Shown piece after piece: positions 10,268 to 18,914 of a stretch of 50,756 nt of DNA (positions are counted from its first letter, which is position 1; every line of letters begins with the position of its first letter). Below the pieces are notes generated by a model that ran no database searches, was not told the origin of the DNA, and saw nothing but the letters and a program-made list of their open reading frames with translations. The position numbers and the translations under genes were made by a program. The DNA is from Candidatus Aminicenantales bacterium (lineage in GTDB: Bacteria > Acidobacteriota > Aminicenantia > Aminicenantales > UBA8522), in assembly GCA_049682755.1 (NCBI GenBank), contig JBAUIH010000125.1, forward strand, positions 1 through 50,756, read 5' to 3'.

Positions 10268-10777
10268 ATGGACCAACAGCGTCCGGGCATGTTCAGGGCG
10301 GCTCTCATCGGAGGCGTCGTCGCCGGTGTGCTCACCGCCATTCCCCTGGTGAATTGCTTCTGCTGCCTCTGGATCATCGGCGGAGCCATGCTGGCGGCCT
10401 ACCTTCTGGCCAAGGACTCGGCCGCCCCGTTGACGCCCGGCGACGGTGCCGTCGTCGGCATCCTTGCCGGGATTATCGCCGCGGTCGCGGACGCTGTCGC
10501 CAGCCTTCCCTTCGAGACCATGAACCGTGAATACGTCCAGAGATTCATGGACCAGTTGTCCCAGTTCGTCGATGAGATGCCGGCGGGTTGGGAGAACTGG
10601 ATGGAAAAGCGCGCCGGGGAATTGTCGCCGGCCTGGTTTCTGCTCGGCCTCCTGGCCTCGGCCGTGATCTATGCCGCCCTCGGCGCGCTGGGGGGGACCA
10701 TCGGCGTTTCGATATTCAGTCGGAAAAAAAGCCCGCGTTTTCCGCCGCCGGGAGCTCCCGATGAAAAAGCGCCTTAG
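10268..10777 (+). CDS. Hypothetical small polytopic membrane protein (about 4 TM), Pro-rich C-terminal tail
   Basis: 169 aa. AGGAGG immediately upstream of the ATG at 10268. Hydrophobic Gly/Ala-rich helices. No family recognised. Confidence 0.6.
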   Translation: MDQQRPGMFRAALIGGVVAGVLTAIPLVNCFCCLWIIGGAMLAAYLLAKDSAAPLTPGDGAVVGILAGIIAAVADAVASLPFETMNREYVQRFMDQLSQFVDEMPAGWENWMEKRAGELSPAWFLLGLLASAVIYAALGALGGTIGVSIFSRKKSPRFPPPGAPDEKAP

Positions 10778-11699
10778 AACTCAGGTGATCGTCAATCCCG
10801 AGTCTAACCGGGGCCGGACGCGTCAGCGCTGGACAGACATCAAGGAAGCGATCCGGGGCTTTATTCAGGAATTCCGCTACGAATTCACCGAAAAACCGCT
10901 CCAGGCGATCGAAATCACCCGGGAGGCCATAAAATCGGGTCATGAGCTGATCATCGGCGTCGGCGGGGACGGGACAATGAACGAGATCGCCAACGGTTTC
11001 TTCGACCGCCGGCTGATTATCAACCCTGAAACCACTCTTGGAATACTGCCCTCGGGGACCGGATCGGACCTGACCAAAAGCCTGAAAATCCCCTCCGGAA
11101 TCAGGGGCGCCCTCCAGGTCATCACCCGATGTCCCTCCGTGCCGATCGATGTGGGCCGGGTGACCTTCCGGAGCGCCGCCGGACCGGAAATGGAGAGGTT
11201 CTTTCTCAACGTGGCTGATTTCGGAGTGGGAGGGGAAGTCGTCAAAGAGGTCAACCAGCGGCGTCTGGAAAGGAAGGCTTCCTCGTACGTCCGTTGTCTT
11301 ATCAAGACGATGATGCATTATCGGAGCAAGAGGGTCCGCATCCGGGTCGATGAGCGGGAGCTGCTTACGGGAGAATACCTGATCGGTGCCGTGGCCAACG
11401 GCCGGATCTTCGGAAAGGGGATGAAGTTTGCCCCGCTCGCCCGGCTGGACGATGGTCAGTTCGATGTTATCTTGGTCAAGAGCATGTCCTTCGGAGAGTT
11501 CTGCCGGCACGGCTGGAAAATATTTTTTGGAAAGCATTTGTCCCACCGCAAGATCCAATTTATCCGCGGGCAGCACGTGGAAGCACTCTCCCAAGATAGC
11601 GAAGACGTTCTCTTGGAGATGGATGGAGAGCAGCTGGGCTCGCTGCCGGCCCGGTTCGAGATCCTCCCCCGCCATCTGCTCATCAAAGGGTTCGTCTGA
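10761..11699 (+). CDS. Diacylglycerol-kinase-catalytic-domain lipid kinase (YegS/BmrU family)
   Basis: Contains IIGVGGDGTMNEIANG (the GGDGT motif of the DAGK catalytic domain) and GILPSGTGSDL. I start at the ATG at 10761 (MKKRLRTQVIVNP) rather than the track start at 10671, which lies inside the upstream gene. It overlaps the upstream stop by 17 nt. Confidence 0.85.
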   Translation: MKKRLRTQVIVNPESNRGRTRQRWTDIKEAIRGFIQEFRYEFTEKPLQAIEITREAIKSGHELIIGVGGDGTMNEIANGFFDRRLIINPETTLGILPSGTGSDLTKSLKIPSGIRGALQVITRCPSVPIDVGRVTFRSAAGPEMERFFLNVADFGVGGEVVKEVNQRRLERKASSYVRCLIKTMMHYRSKRVRIRVDERELLTGEYLIGAVANGRIFGKGMKFAPLARLDDGQFDVILVKSMSFGEFCRHGWKIFFGKHLSHRKIQFIRGQHVEALSQDSEDVLLEMDGEQLGSLPARFEILPRHLLIKGFV

Positions 11700-11709
11700 A
11701 GACGGCGGG

Positions 11710-12321
11710 CTACTCGCGGTTTTTCCGGCCGTTGAGGTGATAATAAGGGTCGTTGGTGAAGACGTGTTGTCCCGACGCGTCGACGAATTTCCGGATGGGA
11801 GTCCCCCCGGTGATGAACGGCTTGGAATATGAGGACATGACCCGGCGGATGTATTCAACGGTCTCGGGATAGGGCGGGATGCCTTTGAATTTCTTGAGGG
11901 CCTCCTGGCCGGCATTGTAAGCGGCGAGGACCTTGGCCGTGTTGCCGCTGAACAGCTTGCAGAGGTCTTGGAGGTACTTGACCCCTCCCCTGATGTTCTG
12001 GTCGGGATTGAACCTGTCCTCGACCCCGTACTGGGCGGCCGTCTCCGGCATCAGCTGCATCAGGCCGGCCGCCCCCTTGGGAGATACGGCCCGGCTGTCG
12101 TAATTCGATTCGGCCCTGATGATGGAATGGATGAGCTCGGCGGGAACGTTGAACCGCCTGGCATATGTTTGGACGATCGGGTCGTACTGTTGCTTAGGCT
12201 CCTGGCGCGCTCCGGGAGCAGCCGCGAGGAGGGCTGGGAAGCCCGCCCCGATGACCACCGCCAGCCAAAAAATGATGAGCCCGGGCGACTTGAAGAGTTT
12301 CCGTCTCATCGGACTGTCCAT
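11710..12321 (-). CDS. Lytic murein transglycosylase, SLT domain, secreted
   Basis: SLT motif block IIRAESNYDSRAVSPKGAAGLMQLMPETA...AAYNAG. Signal-like N-terminus MRRKLFKSPGLIIFWLAVVIGAG. The track ORF start (12543) lies inside alaS. Plausible ATGs are at 12321 or 12309. Confidence 0.85.
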   Translation of the reverse strand: MDSPMRRKLFKSPGLIIFWLAVVIGAGFPALLAAAPGARQEPKQQYDPIVQTYARRFNVPAELIHSIIRAESNYDSRAVSPKGAAGLMQLMPETAAQYGVEDRFNPDQNIRGGVKYLQDLCKLFSGNTAKVLAAYNAGQEALKKFKGIPPYPETVEYIRRVMSSYSKPFITGGTPIRKFVDASGQHVFTNDPYYHLNGRKNRE

Positions 12322-12379
12322 CCTGATCACATCATGCCAAAAACGGGCTATTCTGACAATCCCCTTTAAGGGTGATTTT

Positions 12380-15016
12380 TCAGGCCAGTTTCTTAACCGC
12401 AAGAAAGCTCTGGTCGAGAGCTTTGTCCAGGCCATCCGTCTTTTTTCCGCCGGCCTGGGCGAAATCCGGCCGTCCTCCTCCCCCCCCGCCGATAAGCGGG
12501 GCGATCTCCCGGATGAGCCGGTCGGCCCGGACCCGATCTGCAAGATCCCCGCTCACCGCCGCGACCAGGAAGGCCTTGCCGTCTGCGACCGCGCCCAGGA
12601 CGACGACACCGGAACCGAGGCGCGCTATGAGTGAGTCCGCCGTGCTCCTGAGCTCGTCGATGGTCAGACCTTCCAATCGTTGAGCCAGGACGGCTATTCC
12701 TTTGACCGTCCGGACCCTCTCTTCTCCTCCCTGGGTCTTGGCCTGGGCCAGCTTCTTTCGCAAGACCTTGGTTTCTTTTTCGGCCTCTTCGGCACCTCTT
12801 TTCCACTTTTCCAGATGGTGGAGGACGTCCCTGCGGGGGCAGTTCAGGACGGCCTGGATCTCTGTCAGAAGGTCGTCATCATCCTGGACGGAGCGCAGGG
12901 CCTCTTCTCCCGTCAGCGCTTCGATCCGGCGCATGCCGGCGGCGATGGAGGACTCGGAGACGATCTTGAAAAATCCTATGTCTCCAGTGGCCCGAACATG
13001 GATGCCGCCGCAGAGCTCCTTGCTGAAGTCCCCGACGCTGATCACGCTGACATTCTCGCCGTACTTTTCTTCGAAGATGGCCATGGCTCCTTCTCTGACC
13101 CCTTCTTCGAACGTCGTCATCCTCGTCTCCACCGGCAGGTTCTCCCTGATTTTTGCGTTGACGGCGTCTTCGATCTTCCGCATTTCGGCCCGGTCCAAGG
13201 CCGCGAAATGAGTGAAATCGAAACGCAGTCTTTCGGCGGAGACAAGAGAGCCGGCCTGCTTGACGTGGTCGCCGAGGATCTGGCGAAGAGCGGCGTGGAG
13301 GAGGTGGGTGGCGGTATGGTTGTTGCTGACGGCCATGCGCCGCTTCCGGTCGACCGCGGCCTCAACCCTATCACCGATCCTCAGCTCTCCGGCCAGCCCC
13401 TCAACTTCATGGGCGATGAGGCCGGGAAGCGGAAAAAAAGCGCGGTGGACGAGTCCCGAGAAATGGGATGTCTTGAGTTGGCCGGAGTCTCCGACCTGGC
13501 CTCCGGCCTCGGCGTAGAAAGGGGTTTCCTCAAGAACGACCTGCCCCTTCTCTCCCGCCCTAAGTTTCGGGGCTTCTTCCCCATCCTTGACGATGAACAG
13601 CACCTCCGTCTCATCGAGATGGTCTGTTTCATGGCTCCGTCCGAGGATCTGGCGCTTTTTCATCCTCTCATAGACCTTTTTCTCCTCGAGCCGGGCATCT
13701 CCTTTCCAGGATGCCCGGGCCTTCTCTTTTTGTCTTTCGAGCTCGGCGAGAAAAGCGGGCTCATCCACGCTCAGACCTTGTTCCTGGGCCAATTCCATGG
13801 AAAGGTCAAGCGGAAAACCGAAGGTGTCGTAGAGTTTGAAGGCATCAGCCCCGTTGAGGGAGCTCCGTCCGGCCTTCCTTGCCTCTTCGACGAACTCCTG
13901 AAAATATCGCATTCCGGAAGCCAGGGTCAAGGCGAACCTCTCTTCCTCGGCAAGACAGAGCCGCGAGATATAATGAGACGATGAGATAAGCTCCGGATAA
14001 GCGTCCTTCATGATATCCGTCACCGGGCCGACCAACTGGTGGACGAAGGGCCCCTCGATTCCCAGAAGCTGACCATGCCGAAAGGCCCGCCGGATGAGGC
14101 GCCGCAAAACATAGCCGCGGCCGTCGTTCGAGGGCATGATCCCGTCGCCGACGAGGAAGGTGACCGCTCTGACATGGTCGGCGATGATCCGCACGGACAC
14201 GTCTCCGGCTTCGTCGGCCGGATATTCCCGCTGGGCCAGGTCGCAGGTCCGGGAGATCAAAGGCCGGAAGAGATCGGTGTCATAATTGCTACTTTTTTTC
14301 TGCAGCGCCGCGGCGGTCCTCTCCAGTCCCATTCCCGTATCGATGGACGGAGACGGGAGAGGCTGAAAAGCCCCTTTCTCGTCCTGGACGTACTGCATGA
14401 AGACCAGGTTCCAAAGCTCCACAAAGCGGTCACTCCCTTTTTCGATCAACTCACGAGGGTCGCCACCCTCGAGGGATGGATCGGCATCGTAATGGATCTC
14501 GGAGCAGGGGCCGCACGGCCCGGTTTCGCCCATGGCCCAAAAATTGTCTTTCTTCCCAAAGCGGAAGATCTTGGCAGCCGGAAGCCCAATCCGTTCACGC
14601 CAGATCCGGAAGGACTCCTCATCTTCCTCATAGATCGTGGCCAAGAGTCTATCCGGAGGAAGATGGAAGACCTGGGTCACAAGTTCCCAGGCGAAGGCGA
14701 TCGCGTCTTCCTTGAAATAATCGCCGAAGGAAAAATTTCCCAGCATCTCGAAAAAGGTATGGTGTTTGCTGGTCCGGCCGACCTGATCCAGGTCATTGTG
14801 CTTGCCCGAGACGCGGAGGCATTTCTGAACCGAGGCGGCCCGCGTGTAGCTCCTTTTTTCCAGGCCGAGGAAAACGTTCTTGAACTGGTTCATCCCGGCG
14901 TTGGTGAACAGGATGGTGGGATCGTCCTTGGGAAGAAGCGGAGAACTGGGAACGATCTTGTGATTTTTCCGGGAAAAAAAGTCGAGGAAGGCCTCCCGGA
15001 TCTCCTGGGATTTCAT
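12380..15016 (-). CDS. alaS: Alanine--tRNA ligase
   Basis: 878 aa. Class II core (FTNAGMNQFK, RVSGKHNDLD), editing domain HTATHLLH...CGGIH, and a C-terminal DHHA1-like GGGGGRPDFAQAGG. Confidence 0.97.
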   Translation of the reverse strand: MKSQEIREAFLDFFSRKNHKIVPSSPLLPKDDPTILFTNAGMNQFKNVFLGLEKRSYTRAASVQKCLRVSGKHNDLDQVGRTSKHHTFFEMLGNFSFGDYFKEDAIAFAWELVTQVFHLPPDRLLATIYEEDEESFRIWRERIGLPAAKIFRFGKKDNFWAMGETGPCGPCSEIHYDADPSLEGGDPRELIEKGSDRFVELWNLVFMQYVQDEKGAFQPLPSPSIDTGMGLERTAAALQKKSSNYDTDLFRPLISRTCDLAQREYPADEAGDVSVRIIADHVRAVTFLVGDGIMPSNDGRGYVLRRLIRRAFRHGQLLGIEGPFVHQLVGPVTDIMKDAYPELISSSHYISRLCLAEEERFALTLASGMRYFQEFVEEARKAGRSSLNGADAFKLYDTFGFPLDLSMELAQEQGLSVDEPAFLAELERQKEKARASWKGDARLEEKKVYERMKKRQILGRSHETDHLDETEVLFIVKDGEEAPKLRAGEKGQVVLEETPFYAEAGGQVGDSGQLKTSHFSGLVHRAFFPLPGLIAHEVEGLAGELRIGDRVEAAVDRKRRMAVSNNHTATHLLHAALRQILGDHVKQAGSLVSAERLRFDFTHFAALDRAEMRKIEDAVNAKIRENLPVETRMTTFEEGVREGAMAIFEEKYGENVSVISVGDFSKELCGGIHVRATGDIGFFKIVSESSIAAGMRRIEALTGEEALRSVQDDDDLLTEIQAVLNCPRRDVLHHLEKWKRGAEEAEKETKVLRKKLAQAKTQGGEERVRTVKGIAVLAQRLEGLTIDELRSTADSLIARLGSGVVVLGAVADGKAFLVAAVSGDLADRVRADRLIREIAPLIGGGGGGRPDFAQAGGKKTDGLDKALDQSFLAVKKLA

Positions 15017-16173
15017 GAAGCCTCTTCTTCGGAAGCCTCCGTCGCCTCTCTCTCCACCTTGCTCATGCCGCTCTCCATCTCTTCCAGGGCGATGTCCAAA
15101 GTGGACTGGATGCCCATGACGCGGAGCTTGAAGTTGTCCGGATTCGTGGAGTAGCGCAGTCCCTGCTCGAAGGAGATGTAGCCGTCCCTATAGAGCTGAA
15201 ATATGGACTGGTCAAACGTCTGCATGCCGTACTGGGAGACTCCGCTCGCGATGGCATCGCGGATGAGACCCGTCTTCTCCTTCTCCTGGATGCATTCCTG
15301 GATGTAGGGAGTGCTGACCATGACCTCGACGCCCGGCACGCGGCCCTGTCCGTCCATCCGGGGAATCAACCTCTGCGAGATGACGCCCTTGAGGATGCTG
15401 CCCAGCTGGAGCCGAACCTGCCTCTGGTGGTGGGGAGCAAAAACGGCCACGATCCGGTTGATGCTCTCGGGAGCGTCCAGAGTGTGCAGCGTGCTGAAGA
15501 CCAGATGTCCGGTCTCGGCGGCCAGGATGGCCGTCTCGACCGTGTCCAGGTCACGCATCTCCCCCACCAGGATGACATCCGGGTCCTCACGCAGGGTCGC
15601 CCGCAAGCCGCGCGAGAAGCTGGAGACGTCCATCCCAACCTCTCTCTGGCTGATCGTGCTCTTCTTGTCCTTGTGCAGGTATTCGATCGGGTCCTCGATG
15701 GTGATGATGTTCTCCCGGCGATGGGTGTTGATGTAATCGATCATCGCGGCCAGAGTCGTGGACTTGCCGCTTCCCGTCGTCCCGGTCACGAGAATCAGCC
15801 CCCTGTGGAGAAGGGACATTTTTTCCAGGACCTCGGGAAGGAGAAGCTCGCGGATGGTCTTGACCTCCAGAGGGATGATCCTCAACGCGATGGCGACAGA
15901 CCCCCGCTGCTGGAAGATGCTCCCCCGGAATCTTCCGAATCCGGGCAGGCTGTACGCCAGGTCAATGTCGAACTCCTCCTTGATCCGGAGCTTCTGATAG
16001 TCGGCCATCAACTGGTCTCCCAGCTCCTGCGTATCCTTGGAGGTCAGCCGCGGAAAACCCGTGAGAGGAATGAGCGTTCCATGCACGCGGATGATCGGAT
16101 GGTTTCCGGCTTTAAGATGGAGGTCCGAAGCGTCCCTTTCGATAGCCACTTTCAAAAGTTCGTCGACTTCCAT
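15013..16173 (-). CDS. pilT: Type IV pilus retraction ATPase PilT family
   Basis: DLHL, Walker A GTTGSGKST, Asp box, Walker B ILVGEMRD, His box GHLVFSTLHT. 386 aa with an acidic C-terminal extension of about 30 aa. Its stop overlaps the alaS ATG (ATGA). Confidence 0.9.
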   Translation of the reverse strand: MEVDELLKVAIERDASDLHLKAGNHPIIRVHGTLIPLTGFPRLTSKDTQELGDQLMADYQKLRIKEEFDIDLAYSLPGFGRFRGSIFQQRGSVAIALRIIPLEVKTIRELLLPEVLEKMSLLHRGLILVTGTTGSGKSTTLAAMIDYINTHRRENIITIEDPIEYLHKDKKSTISQREVGMDVSSFSRGLRATLREDPDVILVGEMRDLDTVETAILAAETGHLVFSTLHTLDAPESINRIVAVFAPHHQRQVRLQLGSILKGVISQRLIPRMDGQGRVPGVEVMVSTPYIQECIQEKEKTGLIRDAIASGVSQYGMQTFDQSIFQLYRDGYISFEQGLRYSTNPDNFKLRVMGIQSTLDIALEEMESGMSKVEREATEASEEEAS

Positions 16174-16185
16174 GGTTCACCTCAC

Positions 16186-17109
16186 TTAAACATAGGTCAG
16201 CCAATGATAAATATCTTCCCGCTCGCCGTTGAGGTAACCGAAGAACGCCTGCTGAAGCCCCGCGACCACGGGGCCGCGTTTCCCGGAGCCGATCGTGATC
16301 TTGTCGATCGTACGGATCGGAGTGATCTCGGCGGCCGAACCGGTGAAAAAGACCTCGTCGGCGATATAGAGCATTTCCCGCGGGATCGTCTCTTCAACCA
16401 GGCGCATCCCCATCTCCCTGATCAGGGTGATCACCGAATCCCGGGTGATTCCGGGCAAGATCGAGGAAGAAAGGGGGGGCGTAAAGACGGCGCCGTTATA
16501 AACAAGGAAAATATTCTCGCCGCTCCCTTCGCTGATATGACCGCGGATGTTAAGGGCTATCCCCTCCGCATAACCCTCGAGCATGGCCTCCATCTTGATG
16601 AGCTGGGAGTTCATGTAATTGGCGCCGGACTTGGCCAGGGCCGGAAAGGTGTTCGGAGCCATCCGCCACCAGGTCGAGATCTTGACGTCCACTCCGTTCT
16701 CCAGGGCTTCCTCCCCGAGATACTGCCCCCAATTCCAGACTAGGATAGCGCAGTCCACGGGATTGGGGAAAGGGTCGACGCCCAGGGATTGATACCCCCG
16801 GTAAACGATGGGCCTGACGTAGCAGGATGTGTGCCCGTTGGCCCGGATTGTCTCGATGACGGCCCGCCTGAATTCAGCGCTGGCATAGGGGATGTCCATG
16901 CGATACATTTTGCAGGAATCATACAGCCGCTTGATATGTGTGTCCAGGCGGAAGACGGCCGTCCCCTTCGGAGTGTCGTAGGCGCGAAAACCTTCGAACA
17001 GAGAGCTGCCGTAGTGGATGACATGAGAGGCGATGTGGATCTTGGCGTCTTTCCAGGGCACCAGCCGACCGTTCATCCACACCTTGCCATGCTCGTCGAA
17101 AGGACTCAT
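16186..17109 (-). CDS. ilvE: Branched-chain amino acid aminotransferase
   Basis: 307 aa, collinear with E. coli IlvE (HYGSSLFEG, EGSGENIF, LPGITRD, TGSAAEITP, QQAFFG). AAGGAG is 6 nt upstream of the ATG. Confidence 0.95.
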   Translation of the reverse strand: MSPFDEHGKVWMNGRLVPWKDAKIHIASHVIHYGSSLFEGFRAYDTPKGTAVFRLDTHIKRLYDSCKMYRMDIPYASAEFRRAVIETIRANGHTSCYVRPIVYRGYQSLGVDPFPNPVDCAILVWNWGQYLGEEALENGVDVKISTWWRMAPNTFPALAKSGANYMNSQLIKMEAMLEGYAEGIALNIRGHISEGSGENIFLVYNGAVFTPPLSSSILPGITRDSVITLIREMGMRLVEETIPREMLYIADEVFFTGSAAEITPIRTIDKITIGSGKRGPVVAGLQQAFFGYLNGEREDIYHWLTYV

Positions 17110-17175
17110 CGAGGGCTCCTTGGTGATACGTCCGGTCCCTTTTTATCTCTTGGCCACATCAGAACAGTCGTATGC

Positions 17176-17205
17176 ATGTTATCTGAATCCTATTTCTAAA
17201 GTCAA
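17176..17205 (-). promoter_or_regulatory. Candidate sigma70-type promoter for ilvE (TTGACT-18-TAACAT)
   Basis: The minus strand reads TTGACTttagaaataggattcagaTAACAT in the 109-nt gap between the kinase stop and the ilvE ATG. Confidence 0.35.
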
Positions 17206-17218
17206 TCGCCTCCAGGGG

Positions 17219-18163
17219 TTAGATTGTCTCACCGCAATGGGGACAATGACGGCTCTTCAGGGGTAACGGACGACGGCAGTTCCAGCAGAGCTGGCTCTTC
17301 GTCTGTTCCCTGGCCCTGATTCGGATCAGGATGTCCTCGATTTCCGTCGTCTTGACGTCCTTCTTCTTCAAAGCCGTGATCGCCTGGATGAGCTCGGCCG
17401 GTCTCTTATACCGGTCCTCGACCTTGGAAGCCAAGCATCTCATGATGATCTCGTCCAGGTCGCGGGGGATTCTGTTGTTCCGGATCCGCGGCGGCGTGAT
17501 CTTGCCCTGCTGAGCTTTTTCCAGGATTTTGAAGGGGTCCGGATCGAATATCGGCGGCCGGCCGATGATCATCTCATAAAAGATGCAGCCGAGGCTGTAA
17601 ACGTCCGACTGATAACTGGCTTTGCCCAGGAATTGCTCGGGAGCCATGTAGGGAGGGCTCCCGATCCGGGTGGAGGCGTAGGGAATGTTGTTCAGCCAGG
17701 CCGAGGTCCCAAAATCCGCTATCTTGGCGGTCCCCTCCTCTGAAATCAAAATGTTGGACGGCCGGAGGTCCCGGTGGATGATTTTGTTTTTATGGGCGTG
17801 ATCGACGCCCTGGGCGATTTGTCTGATGTAGTCAAGGGCGACCTCGCTCTCCAGGACGCGTTCTTTCTCCATGATCTTTTCCAGGGTTTTCCCCTTGACG
17901 TATTCCATGACCATGAAAAAGACCTTTTTTTCTTTCTCGGCGGCGATCATGCGGACGATATTGGGGTGGTTGAGGGCCGCTTGAAGACGGGGCTCTTTTA
18001 GCAATTTGTAGAGCTCGGCGGACTGTTTGTGCGGGACCTTGAGTGCGACTTTGATGTCCAGCCAGGTGTCCCGCGCCAGATAGACGGAGCCGAATCCGCC
18101 GCTTCCAAGAGAGCGAATGACCTCGTACTTGCCGACCTTCTGTCCCTGCAGAAACATGATCAT
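17219..18163 (-). CDS. Hanks-type Ser/Thr protein kinase with C-terminal zinc ribbon, no sensor or TM domain
   Basis: G-loop GSGGFGSVY, VALKV Lys, HRDLRPSN catalytic loop, DFG, SPPYMAPE. The C-terminus is CWNC-x10-CPHC. The ATG overlaps the rsmE stop (ATGA at 18160-18163). Confidence 0.9.
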   Translation of the reverse strand: MIMFLQGQKVGKYEVIRSLGSGGFGSVYLARDTWLDIKVALKVPHKQSAELYKLLKEPRLQAALNHPNIVRMIAAEKEKKVFFMVMEYVKGKTLEKIMEKERVLESEVALDYIRQIAQGVDHAHKNKIIHRDLRPSNILISEEGTAKIADFGTSAWLNNIPYASTRIGSPPYMAPEQFLGKASYQSDVYSLGCIFYEMIIGRPPIFDPDPFKILEKAQQGKITPPRIRNNRIPRDLDEIIMRCLASKVEDRYKRPAELIQAITALKKKDVKTTEIEDILIRIRAREQTKSQLCWNCRRPLPLKSRHCPHCGETI

Positions 18164-18906
18164 CCGCCCCAGAAGACTTGGATCGCCGCCAGCGCCGCTA
18201 GGGCGGCCGTCTCCGACCTCAGGATCCTCGCTCCCAGGCTGATCGCTATGAAGCCATGTTCTCTCGCCCGTTGTTCCTCCTCCCTGCTCCAGCCTCCCTC
18301 CGGTCCGACCAACAGAACGACTTCCGGCATCCCCGGGAAGGCAGGACCGGCGGCTGCCTCGGCCAATATCTGGCGAAACAAAACCCCTCCGTCCTCACAG
18401 AGGATATATTTGTTGGACTCCTCGCGGGACTCCAAGAAGACAGACAAGGACTGGGGAGGATGAATGGACGGGAGATCCGTTCGGCGGCTCTGTTTGGCCG
18501 ATTCCCGAGCGATCTTCCTCCACCTTTCGATCTTCCCCTCACTTCGTTCTTTGAGCCCGGGGACAGAGCGGGACGCTTCGACAGGGACAACAGCCTGGAC
18601 ACCGAGCTCTGTCGCCTTCTGGATGATCAGGTCCATGTTCCTGGATTTGATCAAGGCTTGGCCCAAAACAAGCCGGATCTTGGCCGCCGCTCTTTCTTCC
18701 CTCTCGAGGACGAGCAGGCGGGTCTCGTGTCTTCCGACCTCGGTGATCTTTGCCCGGAAGGAACTCCCCTTCTCATCCATCAGCCAGACCTGCTCTCCGG
18801 CCCGGACCCGCAAGACCCGGGAGAGATGATGATGTTCTTCTCCGTCCAACCGGGCATAAGGAAGATGCAGGTTTTCTTGTTTGACGAGAAAACGGTTCGA
18901 GGTCAA
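18160..18906 (-). CDS. rsmE: 16S rRNA (uracil1498-N3)-methyltransferase RsmE
   Basis: 248 aa. N-terminal PUA-like region (HHLSRVLRVRAGEQV) and C-terminal SPOUT knot (LLVGPEGGWSREE...ISLGARILRSETAALAALA). Only a TTG start (18904-18906) preserves the conserved N-terminus. Confidence 0.85.
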   Translation of the reverse strand: MTSNRFLVKQENLHLPYARLDGEEHHHLSRVLRVRAGEQVWLMDEKGSSFRAKITEVGRHETRLLVLEREERAAAKIRLVLGQALIKSRNMDLIIQKATELGVQAVVPVEASRSVPGLKERSEGKIERWRKIARESAKQSRRTDLPSIHPPQSLSVFLESREESNKYILCEDGGVLFRQILAEAAAGPAFPGMPEVVLLVGPEGGWSREEEQRAREHGFIAISLGARILRSETAALAALAAIQVFWGG

Positions 18907-18914
18907 TCCGGTCT

